Counted from the stretch's first letter, positions 10,430 to 20,858 are shown. The stretch: 64,000 nucleotides of DNA from Candidatus Bathyarchaeota archaeon (GCA_963702095.1 OY969706.1:928001-992000), one strand, 5' to 3'. Numbers and translations: made by a program. Notes: generated by a model not told the origin, from the letters alone.

Positions 10430-11034
10430 TTTTGTTCCCCGATTGTTATTTCGGCTATGCATGCGCTGGAGCCATCGGTTAATTTTTCTTTAAACCTCAT
10501 GGTCGCGTTTGAGGCGAGTCCACTCATTACGCCTTCATCAGCGGCGCTTAGGACTTGGCAGGTCAACTCCGAATACTCTTTAGCCAAAGCACACCTGTTC
10601 ACTGTCATAACGCCTCTAATATCATCGACCCATCTGACGTTAAATTCGATGCCTAACACGCGATACAATATCTTAGCGGCTTTTACTACATCATACGGGT
10701 TTTCCACGCCCAGTCTACGTCGAGATTCCTCTCCCAATTCTCTGCCGACTCTAAAGAGGGCTTCTCTGCCCAAAAGAACCGCACGGTTCCTTCCAAGCGC
10801 CTCAACCAAAGCCGCTACCAAAACCGAGTGCTGCTTTGCCATGACGCTTCTTCTCTCTTCAAGGTTACCAGTCAAATGGTGTACTTCGCTGCTGACCTCA
10901 AGGGTTGTGTTGTTTTTAATGACCTCTATTAGGGCACCCGTCGTTTTGGAGGCAACTCTGTCTAGTTCATGGCAAATGAGCTGTTTAGGCGTCCACCAAC
11001 CCAAAAACGTCAACCTCAACCCCATCAATCTCAC
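10426..11034 (-). CDS. ATC-hydrolase-like / V4R-fold protein
   Basis: Helical N-terminus then RCAL...TCQVLSAADEG...LTDGSSAC Cys pattern. Confidence 0.6.
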   Translation of the reverse strand: MRLMGLRLTFLGWWTPKQLICHELDRVASKTTGALIEVIKNNTTLEVSSEVHHLTGNLEERRSVMAKQHSVLVAALVEALGRNRAVLLGREALFRVGRELGEESRRRLGVENPYDVVKAAKILYRVLGIEFNVRWVDDIRGVMTVNRCALAKEYSELTCQVLSAADEGVMSGLASNATMRFKEKLTDGSSACIAEITIGEQK

Positions 11035-13832
11035 TCATCCTTCTCTGCCGCACCAATATGGATGCCTTCTTTGGGTTCTGCTCCGCCATAGAGTGCGCTG
11101 ATTACCTCTGCGTTTTTCTCTGCGGCGACATTGCGTTTGAGCTTGAGGTTTGGCGTCAAATCGCCGTTTTCGATGCTTAGGGTGTTTTGGAGTAGTGCCC
11201 ACCGCTTGATTTTCTCGGGGTTGGAGAGGTTCTTGTTCATTTCTTCGATGGCGGCGTCAATCTTTTTTGAGGCTTCATTGCTCCATTTGTCTTTTTGCAC
11301 CCATAGCAGTGCGCCACAGTAGGGTTTTGATTCGCCGACAAGCAACGCCTCAGAAACACCCTTGATTTCTTTTAGCATACCCTCGATTTTGCAGGAGTAG
11401 ATGCATTTGCCATACGCAGTTTTAAGGACTTCTTTTTTGCGTCCAAGAATAATTAGGCTGCCTTCCGCTGAGATTTTGCCAATGTCGCCTGTCATGAGCC
11501 AGCCATCTTTAAGCGGCGGCTTGAGGGTTTTGTCAAAGTAGCCGACGGTAACTTGGGGACCCCTAATCATTATTTCGTCGTCTTCGCCAATTCGGATTTC
11601 GGTTTGGGGCAATGGTTCGCCGACGGTGCCAATCCTGTTCCTTCCCAACCGGTTGATTGAAACTAGCGGTGCCTCTGTCAAGCCGTAGGCATCGTATATT
11701 TCAACGCCTAACTCACGGAAGCTTCGTAGCAGTGCCTCATTACTGCTTGCTGACCCAACGATAAGTTGAGCGCACCTGTCAAGTCCCGCCCGCTTCAAAA
11801 CGCTGCCTCTTAGCAACCTCGCCAGTAAACGCTTGAAGATGCCTCTCTTCTGGTGGATGTAAAACATGCCGAGCCCATTTTTCTCTAGTCCCTCCCAAAC
11901 TTTCTCGTACAATCGGGGCACAGAAAAAAAGATGGTCGGTCTAACCAATGGTAAAGCTTCTTGGAGTTTTCTGAAGTCCTCTAAAAAGTAGATTTCTGCG
12001 GATGAGGCAGGGAAATAGTAGGGGGAATAAGCGGCTAATATGCCTTCAACTACGTGTCCCATGGGGAGAAACGATAGGTAGGTGCATTTGCGGTTTCGGG
12101 CTTTCCATGGTGAGATGGAAACGAGGGATTCTGCCATGTAGCGGAGGTTGTCGTGTCTAAAGATTGCGCCTTTAGGTTTGTCTGTGGTGCCTGAAGTGTA
12201 GCGCAACGTGGCTGTGTCGCTGAAATCGACCGGTGCATTGTATGTGGTTAATTCGTTTTGGGTTTTGGAGAGGAAATCGGTCCATGAAAGAACTTTTTTA
12301 TTGCTCGGGTTTGCACTGGTACGAGTGAAGTTTACGATTGGTATGTCCGTTTTGAGTTCATCTACCCGTTGTAGGAGCCCAGGTATGCCGATGAAGAGGA
12401 GTTTTGCGCCGCTGGCTTCCAAAATCTCATCCACATCTGGCGGCGGAGCAGTATAGTAGAGCGGTACACTGACGGCGCCGACGATGCCTATGGCTATGTC
12501 AACCATGAGGTATTTGGTGCAGTTGAGCCCCGTTAAGGCAACGCGGTCGCCTTTGCCGATGCCTATGGCTTGGAGTGAGGCTGCCGCCTTCAAGATGCTT
12601 CTCTTCATGTCCGCTGCAGAGAGCGCAATTAACTTGCCCTCAACAATATCGTAGAACATGAGAGGGTGACTTTCGCTCTCTAACCGAAACATCACTTGCT
12701 CATGCACTGTACGGTCGGAGCGGTGGAAGAAACTGTGGTAAGTGGCAAATTCTAAGAGATGGGGCAGCATCTCTTCCCAGCGCAAGTCATAGTTGCCGAG
12801 TAACAGGTCAACGTTGTCTCGCCTAAACTGCTTGTTCTCACTAAAATAAGGCGCCAACGAAACCATAGCGTCAGAAACACGCGGACTCCCCATTTTGAAG
12901 GCACGTTGGAGCCACAGGAACCTTTTGGCAGTGGACATGCTGATGTAGATTGGTTTTGGAAGATTGACACCCAAGTTGGTTTTTGCCCACTTTTGCACAA
13001 AGTCTGTTATGCTTTCAATCGTTGGTAGGGCGTCTTGGGGAGAGACCAGATGGAAAGTTTTGTCTTCCGCTCTCTTCTCAAATGTGAGTTGCACAATTGA
13101 CTTAGAAACGTAGTCAACGGGAACAACGTTGACCCTTAGCGTGCGCTTAACCGGCATAACCCGCAGTTTGCCCGTCAAGTAGAGCTTCAGCGGGAAGTAG
13201 AAGGTGTTGAAGGTTTTAATCGCGCCCATTTGCGAGTCGCCCACAATCATGGCGGGGCGGAAAACCGAGACGGGGAACTCTTTTTTGGCGTTCTGCACCA
13301 ACAGTTCCCCCTCGTATTTGCTGCGCTCGTAATCAGTGAAGAAGCCAAACTCGTCAGTTAAGTCGTCTTCGGGAACTTCCCCCGCTCTTCCGCCTGCAAC
13401 GTAAGCAGTGGAGACATGCGCGAACCTTTCCAGCCTGTGGTGCTCGTTGGCTTTTCTGGCAAAATTCAAAACGTTTCTGGTGCCTTCAACGTTGGTTTTT
13501 CTTAGCTCTTCAAGGGGCATAAACCGCCAGTCTGCAGCAGTATGAATGACATGCGTTACCCTCTTGGTGAGGGCGACATAGGCGTCGCTGCCCAGTCCGA
13601 ATTGTGGCAGGCGGGTATCGCCACAGACGACTTCAACCCTAGACCCTAAAGCATCGACAAGTTCGGGCCAATCCCACCAGTTACGGGATAACTTCCGCTG
13701 GGCAGCCTCAAGATTTTCTGCTCTAACCAACGCTAAAACAGCGACTTCTCCGTCCTCGAGAAGATAGCGGGCTACCTGTGTGCCGACAAAGCCAGTGGCC
13801 CCTGTTAAGAAAACGGTTTTCATGGCAGCCAC
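11031..13832 (-). CDS. Fusion: N-terminal thioester/fatty-acyl reductase (extended SDR) plus C-terminal long-chain acyl-CoA ligase
   Basis: TGATGFVG, HVSTAYV, YERSK, RPAMIVG; YTSGTTDKPKG, AYGLTEA, TGD, GRKKE, LTPNLKLKR. Confidence 0.88.
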   Translation of the reverse strand: MAAMKTVFLTGATGFVGTQVARYLLEDGEVAVLALVRAENLEAAQRKLSRNWWDWPELVDALGSRVEVVCGDTRLPQFGLGSDAYVALTKRVTHVIHTAADWRFMPLEELRKTNVEGTRNVLNFARKANEHHRLERFAHVSTAYVAGGRAGEVPEDDLTDEFGFFTDYERSKYEGELLVQNAKKEFPVSVFRPAMIVGDSQMGAIKTFNTFYFPLKLYLTGKLRVMPVKRTLRVNVVPVDYVSKSIVQLTFEKRAEDKTFHLVSPQDALPTIESITDFVQKWAKTNLGVNLPKPIYISMSTAKRFLWLQRAFKMGSPRVSDAMVSLAPYFSENKQFRRDNVDLLLGNYDLRWEEMLPHLLEFATYHSFFHRSDRTVHEQVMFRLESESHPLMFYDIVEGKLIALSAADMKRSILKAAASLQAIGIGKGDRVALTGLNCTKYLMVDIAIGIVGAVSVPLYYTAPPPDVDEILEASGAKLLFIGIPGLLQRVDELKTDIPIVNFTRTSANPSNKKVLSWTDFLSKTQNELTTYNAPVDFSDTATLRYTSGTTDKPKGAIFRHDNLRYMAESLVSISPWKARNRKCTYLSFLPMGHVVEGILAAYSPYYFPASSAEIYFLEDFRKLQEALPLVRPTIFFSVPRLYEKVWEGLEKNGLGMFYIHQKRGIFKRLLARLLRGSVLKRAGLDRCAQLIVGSASSNEALLRSFRELGVEIYDAYGLTEAPLVSINRLGRNRIGTVGEPLPQTEIRIGEDDEIMIRGPQVTVGYFDKTLKPPLKDGWLMTGDIGKISAEGSLIILGRKKEVLKTAYGKCIYSCKIEGMLKEIKGVSEALLVGESKPYCGALLWVQKDKWSNEASKKIDAAIEEMNKNLSNPEKIKRWALLQNTLSIENGDLTPNLKLKRNVAAEKNAEVISALYGGAEPKEGIHIGAAEKDE

Positions 13833-15049
13833 TCCGGATAATTCTGCTCAAGAAATGCTTTGAAGAGCGTGATGTTTCTTTTTTCTCGTTCCCTGTACTG
13901 TTCGTAGCCTGCACGGAGTTTGGCTTTTATGGTGTCATACTGGTTGAAGAGTGTTTCCACGTTATCGCTTAGAAGCTTGTATCGCTCGGGATCCTCGTGA
14001 TCCACGAATAACTCTTCTATGCCCAGGTCACAGTAGAAGTCTCTGATTCTTAGGTCGTGCCCAATCGCGGTTTGCGGGACCTGGCTGGCTAAGGAGAGAA
14101 CTCCAGCATGGTACCTCGATGTAATCAGAAAGTCAAGACTTCTAAGGATGCTAGTCATCTGTGAAGCATTATATTCGATTGAAGTAAAAATCTTTGTTTT
14201 ATCCGCATGCTTCATTAAGCTCTGAATTTTTCTGCCGAAAGTGGCGTCCAACCCCTCCATGCTCAATAGTGCCACATGGGTGCCGTATTCTTCTATCATC
14301 TCATCGGCTTGAACTGCTAAAACATCAGCTAGTAGCTCGCTTTTTTCTTGGTTTTCTTTTGTGTGCGTGTAGTAGTAGGGCCATCGATAAAGAAACTCGC
14401 TTGACGCCCACGGTCGAATTACTACGGGCCACTTGTAAATGTCTTCGGCGGCGATGCCCACAACGTAGGATGCGTCTGGCCAAACCCGCTTCAATAGCCC
14501 CTCGTCGGCTGGTGCTGGATTGAACGAGAAGGCGTTATCCGCGGTGACTTCTATGGGGGCTTTAACCTGCCAGTTTCTGAGGCGGTCTGCGGCTTTCTGT
14601 GTCCGCGTAAGAATCAGGTTTGTTTTGCTTGCTTCCCGTCGTATTAGCCAACTGTTGAAACGTGATGCGGTGCCTGCATCTACGGAGTATGCTACGCAGG
14701 GTTTTTTCATGGTGTGGGCATATCGGGTTGCCAGCAGGTAGCTCCATAGGAGTGCTGAGCCCCAAGTGTCCATGTAGGTGCTGCCTTCAACCAGCATAAT
14801 CAAGTCGTTGTGTTTTACGAGGTTATAGATGTCCCAGTAGAAGATTGCTGGTCGGACCTCTTTGATTTTAAGTGCCTCGTTTTCCCTTAGGTATCGGCAT
14901 AGGTTTTTTACGTTAAGCGAGGGAACGGTGAGTACTGCGTTGGGTCCAACAACTGACCGTACCTCATTAAGTATTGCAAGAAGTTTCGCCTCTGCTCCGG
15001 TGTTGTTTGCGCCGTTGTAGCCGACAAGTAATATTTTTGGTGGGGTCAA
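13820..15049 (-). CDS. Polysaccharide pyruvyl transferase family protein
   Basis: LLVGYNGANNTGAEA, TADNAF, ITSRYHAGVLSL. Confidence 0.8.
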   Translation of the reverse strand: MTPPKILLVGYNGANNTGAEAKLLAILNEVRSVVGPNAVLTVPSLNVKNLCRYLRENEALKIKEVRPAIFYWDIYNLVKHNDLIMLVEGSTYMDTWGSALLWSYLLATRYAHTMKKPCVAYSVDAGTASRFNSWLIRREASKTNLILTRTQKAADRLRNWQVKAPIEVTADNAFSFNPAPADEGLLKRVWPDASYVVGIAAEDIYKWPVVIRPWASSEFLYRWPYYYTHTKENQEKSELLADVLAVQADEMIEEYGTHVALLSMEGLDATFGRKIQSLMKHADKTKIFTSIEYNASQMTSILRSLDFLITSRYHAGVLSLASQVPQTAIGHDLRIRDFYCDLGIEELFVDHEDPERYKLLSDNVETLFNQYDTIKAKLRAGYEQYREREKRNITLFKAFLEQNYPEWLP

Positions 15050-15439
15050 TCTGTGTTGGACTCCTCTGTGGGGTACTTATAATTTGTGTTTTAACATGCA
15101 AGAAGATGGCTTAAAGAAAATTTGTGCATTGACTATATAGCTAACAATAGATTCCCCACTGCTTTTCTGCCCTTTCTTAATCAATTGAATCATTTTACCC
15201 CTGTTTATACTCTACTGGCTTGCTGGTTATAGCCCTAACATTTAGAGCCACTACTCCAATGTATAGAGTAACACCGGAAATTGCCCAGATATTTATCGAG
15301 GGGCGAATGCTTCAAGCCCAAAAAATTATGGTTAAACCGCTTCTTTAAAACTGTTCACACTTACCCTTGCCCAGGGAAACCTACATGTATATTAGTTGAG
15401 ATAGCGTTATTTTCCGTGAGACTTTTGGAGGTTTTAAAA

Positions 15440-15646
15440 TTGAAGTTGAGCGCAAGAAACCAGTTTAAGGGAAAAATCATATCCGTACAAAAAGGCGTAA
15501 TAACCGCAGAAGTTAAAGTTGAAATAGAAATGCCCATCACGGTGACGGCGGTAATAACCAAAGATTCTGTTGAAGAATTGATGCTTAAAGAGGGCGATGA
15601 GGTTGTGGCAATCGTGAAGTCTACTGAAGTCATCATTGCTAAGTGA
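15440..15646 (+). CDS. Molybdate-binding TOBE (Mop) protein
   Basis: KLSARNQFKGKI, AVITKDSVEEL, AIVKSTEVII; GGAGG RBS. Confidence 0.9.
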   Translation: MKLSARNQFKGKIISVQKGVITAEVKVEIEMPITVTAVITKDSVEELMLKEGDEVVAIVKSTEVIIAK

Positions 15647-15781
15647 TCTACCCTTTTACTTTGGCTTCTATTTTCTTGGTTGATTGACGCGACTTCTCTG
15701 TTTTAGGATTTCTCTGCGAACCTGTACAGCACTTCTCGATGTAAAATCTGTGAGTCCTGTGAAGAATATTTATTAATTCAG

Positions 15782-15813
15782 TTATAAAGGGATATTATTT
15801 AATGATAATATCG
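15782..15813 (+). promoter_or_regulatory. TATA box plus Mo-regulon operator, copy 1
   Basis: TTATAAA then GATATTAT-N6-ATAATATC palindrome at 15791-15812. Confidence 0.6.
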
Positions 15814-15857
15814 TCAATGCTCCTTCAATACAACTTACCTGTCATGAGGTAGTCAAA

Positions 15858-17186
15858 ATCACACCCCAAGATCGCACAAAGAAATTAGGTCACAAAGCCT
15901 TCGGCAATTATACTCCGGTCAATAAAGCTCTCGAACAGCTTCTCACTTCATACCAAAAAAACGGTTCCTTCACCCAAAAAACCGAACACGTGAACCTGCT
16001 GGATGCTGCAAACAGAGTTTTAGCTGAGGACTTCATCAGCCCCATAGATTTACCTCCGTTTACCCGTTCAGCCATGGATGGTTATGCCGTAATAGCCAAC
16101 GAGACCAAAGGCGCTTCCTCAAACCATCCCATCACACTTGAAGTAATAGGACGGACAAATGCTGGCGACACATCACCACTAAAGATTGGTTCCGGCCAAT
16201 GTGTGGCAGTAGCAACAGGAGCCAAGATTCCTCAAGGTGCAGACGCAGTAGTGATGGTAGAGGACACTACCGTTGATGATAAGAAAAGCCCCAATAAAAC
16301 AGTGAAAATCTTCAACGCAATAGAGAGCGGTAAGAATGTCGCTGCCAAGGGCGAAGACCTAACAAAAGGAAGAGTTATCCTTTCGCGGGGAATTTGGCTT
16401 AGACCCCAGGATGTGGGTTTGATAGCCGCGGTCGGCGTGCAGACCGTGCCTGTTATCCGTAAACCCAGAGTGGCGGTGTTTTCTACAGGCAACGAACTTG
16501 TTGAACCTGGGTCGGCGTTGACCACCGATGTGGTTCTCTTTGACAGTAATAGGTTCATGCTATCTCTTATGATAAGAGAGTCCGGCGGAGAAACCGTAGA
16601 TTTAGGAATATGCAAAGACAATGAAAGCCAAATATTGGCTACACTAAAGAAAGCCCTTCAAAGCGATGTTGTGGTCATCTCGGGCGGGTCATCGGTGGGG
16701 GAGAAGGATTTCGTTCCAGACATCATAAACAGCTTAGGAAAACCAGGCGTCATAGTGCATGGCGTCACAATGAAGCCAGGTTCACCAACCGCGCTGTCTC
16801 TTGTTGACGGAAAACCCGTTATCTCAGCCCCCGGTTACCCTGTTGCCGCTTTCTTAGCCTTCTACACGTTTGGACGCCCCCTACTCTATAGGATGCTTGG
16901 GACGAAGGGATTGCCTGAGGCAAGGGTGGTTGCAAAAATGGCGTCTGGAATCAAGTTGCAAAAGGGGGTGCGGGCGTTTGTCAGAGTTAAATTGAAGACG
17001 GTGAAAGATAAAAAAGGCACCGTTTGCTATCTGGCTGAGCCGATAAGTGCCGCTGCTGCAAGCAAACTCTCAACATTAACAGTTTCTGACTCGATAATCA
17101 TCGTGGAAGGCAAAAAACAGCTTATCAAGGGCCAAAAAGTTGAAGCCTTATTACTTAGACCCATAGGAAACGCTGAACATGAATAA
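15858..17186 (+). CDS. moeA: Molybdopterin molybdotransferase MoeA (start uncertain)
   Basis: PPFTRSAMDGYAV, STGNEL, SGGSSVG, MKPGSP, PGYP; frame open upstream of 15990 with KAFGNYTPVNKALEQL. Confidence 0.92.
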   Translation: MTPQDRTKKLGHKAFGNYTPVNKALEQLLTSYQKNGSFTQKTEHVNLLDAANRVLAEDFISPIDLPPFTRSAMDGYAVIANETKGASSNHPITLEVIGRTNAGDTSPLKIGSGQCVAVATGAKIPQGADAVVMVEDTTVDDKKSPNKTVKIFNAIESGKNVAAKGEDLTKGRVILSRGIWLRPQDVGLIAAVGVQTVPVIRKPRVAVFSTGNELVEPGSALTTDVVLFDSNRFMLSLMIRESGGETVDLGICKDNESQILATLKKALQSDVVVISGGSSVGEKDFVPDIINSLGKPGVIVHGVTMKPGSPTALSLVDGKPVISAPGYPVAAFLAFYTFGRPLLYRMLGTKGLPEARVVAKMASGIKLQKGVRAFVRVKLKTVKDKKGTVCYLAEPISAAAASKLSTLTVSDSIIIVEGKKQLIKGQKVEALLLRPIGNAEHE

Positions 17187-18180
17187 CCCCCTCCAGATGA
17201 TTGACGGTTTCGGCAGAGCGCCAAAGAAACTACGCATCTCAGTTACCGACAGGTGCAACATGCGCTGTGTATACTGCATGCCGCAAAAGCAGTTTTCTTG
17301 GTGCCCAAGAGCTGACCTCTTAAGCTACGAAGAAATTGCACGACTAACCCATATATTTGTGGGTCTTGGCGTTGATAAGATACGGCTCACAGGAGGCGAG
17401 CCCCTGGTTAGGCCACAAGTCGAAAAACTTGTCAGCGCCTTATCAGGGCTCGATGGCATAAAAAAGGTCGGCATGACAACCAACGGGCTTCTTCTCGGAG
17501 ACAAAGCGGACCCGCTCAAAGCTGCGGGTCTTCAAAGCGTAAACGTTAGCTTAGACTCCTTAAAACCCGACAGGTTCAAATCAATAACAGGTGTCAACGG
17601 TTTATCCCAAGTTAAAAAGTCCTTGAAAGTTGCACGCGACGCGGGCTTTGAAATAAAGATAAACACTGTGGTCATCAGGGGAAGAAACGACGACGAAATA
17701 GAAGCGTTTGCCAGGTTTGCCATGGTTGAAGGCTTCACTGTCAGGTTCATAGAGTTCATGCCGTTGGATGGGTCGCACATCTGGGATTCATCCCTCGTTG
17801 TGACAAAGGCGGAGATGATAAATAAAATTGGCAAGATGGGGCTGGAGATGTCACCAGTAAACAACAGTGCATCTGACCCTGCCCGGCTCTACACACTCAA
17901 AGGCGGAGCGGGAACCATCGGATTCATTCCCTCCATAAGCGAGCCATTCTGCAGTGCCTGCGACCGGGTCAGATTAACTTCCGACGGGAAATTCTTAACT
18001 TGCCTATTTGAACAGCCCACCTACGATGTCAAGAAACTGCTGCGCTCAGGAAGCACAGACAAGGAGATAGAGAACTATCTTTTAGATTGCTACAGAAAGA
18101 AACCCGAAGGCGTGGTAAGTATTATACGGGGTAAGAACTTGATTTCGGGGTTAAACTTGATGAATACTATCGGTGGCTAA
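17179..18180 (+). CDS. moaA: GTP 3',8-cyclase
   Basis: LRISVTDRCNMRCVYC, RFIEFMP, FCSACDRVRLT, C-terminal GG. Confidence 0.95.
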   Translation: MNNPLQMIDGFGRAPKKLRISVTDRCNMRCVYCMPQKQFSWCPRADLLSYEEIARLTHIFVGLGVDKIRLTGGEPLVRPQVEKLVSALSGLDGIKKVGMTTNGLLLGDKADPLKAAGLQSVNVSLDSLKPDRFKSITGVNGLSQVKKSLKVARDAGFEIKINTVVIRGRNDDEIEAFARFAMVEGFTVRFIEFMPLDGSHIWDSSLVVTKAEMINKIGKMGLEMSPVNNSASDPARLYTLKGGAGTIGFIPSISEPFCSACDRVRLTSDGKFLTCLFEQPTYDVKKLLRSGSTDKEIENYLLDCYRKKPEGVVSIIRGKNLISGLNLMNTIGG

Positions 18181-18193
18181 AAGGAGGCAGAAG

Positions 18194-18481
18194 ATGATTA
18201 AGAACATGACTACTAAAGAAGAAGCATCCGAAGCGGCTTTCAAGATAAAGTTGTTCGGAATATTTAGAGAGGCAGCGGGGGGCGAGGAAGTGGCAGTTAC
18301 CCTTCATTGCAGGCACGCCACAGTGGCTGATTTAAAAAAGAGCCTCAGTGATTGCTATCCGGCGTTGTCATCGCTCAATATGCCCTTCATTGTAGCTGTT
18401 AACAGAAAAGTCGCCGCTGACTCCACAATGGTGCAGCCAAACGACGAAATAGCCCTATTGCCCATGATATCAGGAGGTTAA
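18194..18481 (+). CDS. moaD: MoaD/ThiS/SAMP sulfur carrier
   Basis: IKLFGIFREAAG, VAVN, DEIALLPMISGG. Confidence 0.9.
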   Translation: MIKNMTTKEEASEAAFKIKLFGIFREAAGGEEVAVTLHCRHATVADLKKSLSDCYPALSSLNMPFIVAVNRKVAADSTMVQPNDEIALLPMISGG

Positions 18482-18923
18482 TGCAGTAATCGCAGTAGTT
18501 CAGGACCCAATCGACGTATCAGCCATAGCGCAGAGCGTAGCTGACGATTCCTCAGGCGCAACAGTCTTATTCCTAGGAACCGTCAGAAACACTGGTGACG
18601 TAGGCGCTGTCTCCGAAATCTACTTTGAATCATACAAGGAAATGGCTGAAGCAGCCCTCAAAAACATAGAGCAGCAGGCGATTCAACGCTGGAACATAAA
18701 AAAGTTCAGTGCAGTCCACCGCGTTGGAAACCTGCAGGTTGGAGAAATCATCGTTGTGGTTGCAGCTTCAGCGGCGCATCGGGCAGAAGCTTTCGAAGCG
18801 TGCCGCTATGCAATCGACACAATTAAAAAGTCGGCTCCGATTTGGAAGAAAGAAATATCTGGTTCAACTTCCAGATGGGTAGACGGCGTATTACTGGAGG
18901 ACAGTCAAGATGGGAATGTTTGA
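18481..18923 (+). CDS. moaE: Molybdopterin synthase catalytic subunit (5' end out of frame with ATG 18481)
   Basis: GATVLFLGTVRN upstream of 18642, HRVGNL, AHRAEAFEAC, PIWKKE. Confidence 0.9.
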
Positions 18924-19824
18924 TGTCTCAGACAAACCGGATACTCTGCGGGAAGCAGTTGCACAGGCAATAGTTAATGTTAACCCGCAGACAATTCAGC
19001 TAATCAAAGAAGGCAAATCTCCCAAAGGAGACGTAGTGGAAAACGCGCGAATAGCCGGAACAATAGCCGCCAAAAAAACTTCAGAGATAATACCCTTCTG
19101 CCACCCCATCCCCATAGACTACGTCAAAATCGACATATCCCTAAAAGAAAACACCATCGAAGTCCAATCCTACGTTAAAACCGTCTGGAAAACCGGTGTC
19201 GAAATGGAGGCACTCACAGCAGCATCAGTTGCCGCCCTAACAGTCTACGACATGCTAAAACCCATCGACGAAACCATGTCCATCGGTTCAGTTACGCTTG
19301 TAAGGAAAAGCGGCGGCGTAAAAAGCTTCCAAGAAAAATACAGCAGGCAACTCAAGGCGGCTGTGTTGGTTGTCAGCGATTCTGCGGCGAAGGGTGAACG
19401 CGTAGACAAATCGGGCAAGCTTGCCACTGAAAGATTAGAGGCAAACTGTTTTGTGGTGGACGATTACCAGATAGTGCCTGACGAAGCCGAATTGATTGTG
19501 GCTGAACTTAAGCGGCTTTGCGATGAAGAGAAAGTGGATTTGATAATTACCTGTGGCGGAACCGGTTTGGGGCCACGCGACGTGACCACGGAGGCTACCC
19601 TCAAGGTGTTGCAGAAAGAAGTCCGAGGCGTATCCGAGGTGCTCCGCGCTTACGGTCAAAGGAGAACGCCGCTTGCGATGCTTTCGCGGGGCGTGTGTGG
19701 TGTGAGGGGCAAAACTGTTGTGGTGAATCTGCCCGGGAGCACGAAGGCGGTTTCAGAGGGCCTTAATGCTCTGTTCCCTGGGATACTGCATGTTTATAAG
19801 ATGATTGAGGGTCATGGGCATTAG
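18910..19824 (+). CDS. moaC: MoaC-MoaB/Mog fusion
   Basis: MFDVSDK, IPFCHP, TGVEMEAL; VSDS, GGTGLGPRDVT, NLPGS. Confidence 0.92.
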   Translation: MGMFDVSDKPDTLREAVAQAIVNVNPQTIQLIKEGKSPKGDVVENARIAGTIAAKKTSEIIPFCHPIPIDYVKIDISLKENTIEVQSYVKTVWKTGVEMEALTAASVAALTVYDMLKPIDETMSIGSVTLVRKSGGVKSFQEKYSRQLKAAVLVVSDSAAKGERVDKSGKLATERLEANCFVVDDYQIVPDEAELIVAELKRLCDEEKVDLIITCGGTGLGPRDVTTEATLKVLQKEVRGVSEVLRAYGQRRTPLAMLSRGVCGVRGKTVVVNLPGSTKAVSEGLNALFPGILHVYKMIEGHGH

Positions 19825-19908
19825 GTGACATTTGTAATGGTGTTTAGGTGTGTTTGCAGTTGGAGTATTGCTTGTTTTAAGAAGGGTTAAGAAAAAGTTT
19901 TAAAAAGG

Positions 19909-19946
19909 TTTATAACGATCGACATTACTCGATGGTAACATCGAGT
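19909..19946 (+). promoter_or_regulatory. TATA box plus Mo-regulon operator, copy 2
   Basis: TTTATAA then cGACATTAC-N6-GTAACATCg at 19920-19943. Confidence 0.65.
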
Positions 19947-19954
19947 GCGTTAAC

Positions 19955-20806
19955 ATGAACACCAAACTTGTTGCAATAACAGTCATAGTTATAGTAATAG
20001 TTGCTTCAGCAGCGGGATACCTAATCTATAACAACACCCAATCAAAAACACCCCCCGTCGAACTCCGAGTCGACATAGCAGCAAGCCTAACCAACGTCGT
20101 TGCAAACATGACCCAAGAATTCGAACAAGCAAACAACTGCCACCTAATCATAAACTCCGCCGGATCAAGCACACTATACACACAAATCACCCAAGGCTCA
20201 CCCTGCGACGTCTTCATGTCAGCAGACCAAAAATGGACAAAACAACTCAACAACTCAGGGCTACTCTACAACAACTACGTGAATTTTACAACCAACAGCC
20301 TAGAAATTATTGTGGCTCAAGGAAACCCTAAAAACGTGAATTCTCTTGCAGACCTGGCTAAGCCTGGCGTACAATTAGTCTTAGCTGACCCAGCGATACC
20401 TTCCGGTTCCTACACAAACACAACTTGCTACAAAATCGATTCAACATGGGGAAACCCAAACAGCCCCTTCTACGACACGTCTGGGGCTTACGTAAACTTT
20501 AACGCCACCATGCACCAGAACGTTGTCTCATATGAATTAACCGTTGAAAACGTAGTGGGCAAAGTCTCCCTCAACACAGGCACAGCCGACGCAGGCATCG
20601 TATTTGTCTCAGATGGTGTCTATGGCAAAATGGTGGGTTCTGAAGTACAGTTCCTCCCCATACCCCGCTCAGTAAACACTAAAGGCACTTACGGCATAGC
20701 AGTCTTAGGTTCAACAAATCAAGCGGAATTGGCGCAAAAATTCATGGATTTCTGGTCGTCAACAGAGGGCCAGGCGTTACTGACGGATTATGGCTTTAAT
20801 TCGTAA
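19955..20806 (+). CDS. modA: Molybdate ABC transporter substrate-binding protein
   Basis: N-terminal anchor, AASLT, GSSTLYTQITQG, DVFMSA, ADAGIVF. Confidence 0.9.
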   Translation: MNTKLVAITVIVIVIVASAAGYLIYNNTQSKTPPVELRVDIAASLTNVVANMTQEFEQANNCHLIINSAGSSTLYTQITQGSPCDVFMSADQKWTKQLNNSGLLYNNYVNFTTNSLEIIVAQGNPKNVNSLADLAKPGVQLVLADPAIPSGSYTNTTCYKIDSTWGNPNSPFYDTSGAYVNFNATMHQNVVSYELTVENVVGKVSLNTGTADAGIVFVSDGVYGKMVGSEVQFLPIPRSVNTKGTYGIAVLGSTNQAELAQKFMDFWSSTEGQALLTDYGFNS

Positions 20807-20858
20807 AAGTGCTTTTAAGCACTTTCCCACTTTTTAAACAGACAATCTTGGTGTACAA

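Noticed and set aside
10457-11101. Long antisense ORFs (also 37117..37713, 33705..34229, 40427..40930)
   Set aside because: Shadows of well-supported genes with no motifs of their own
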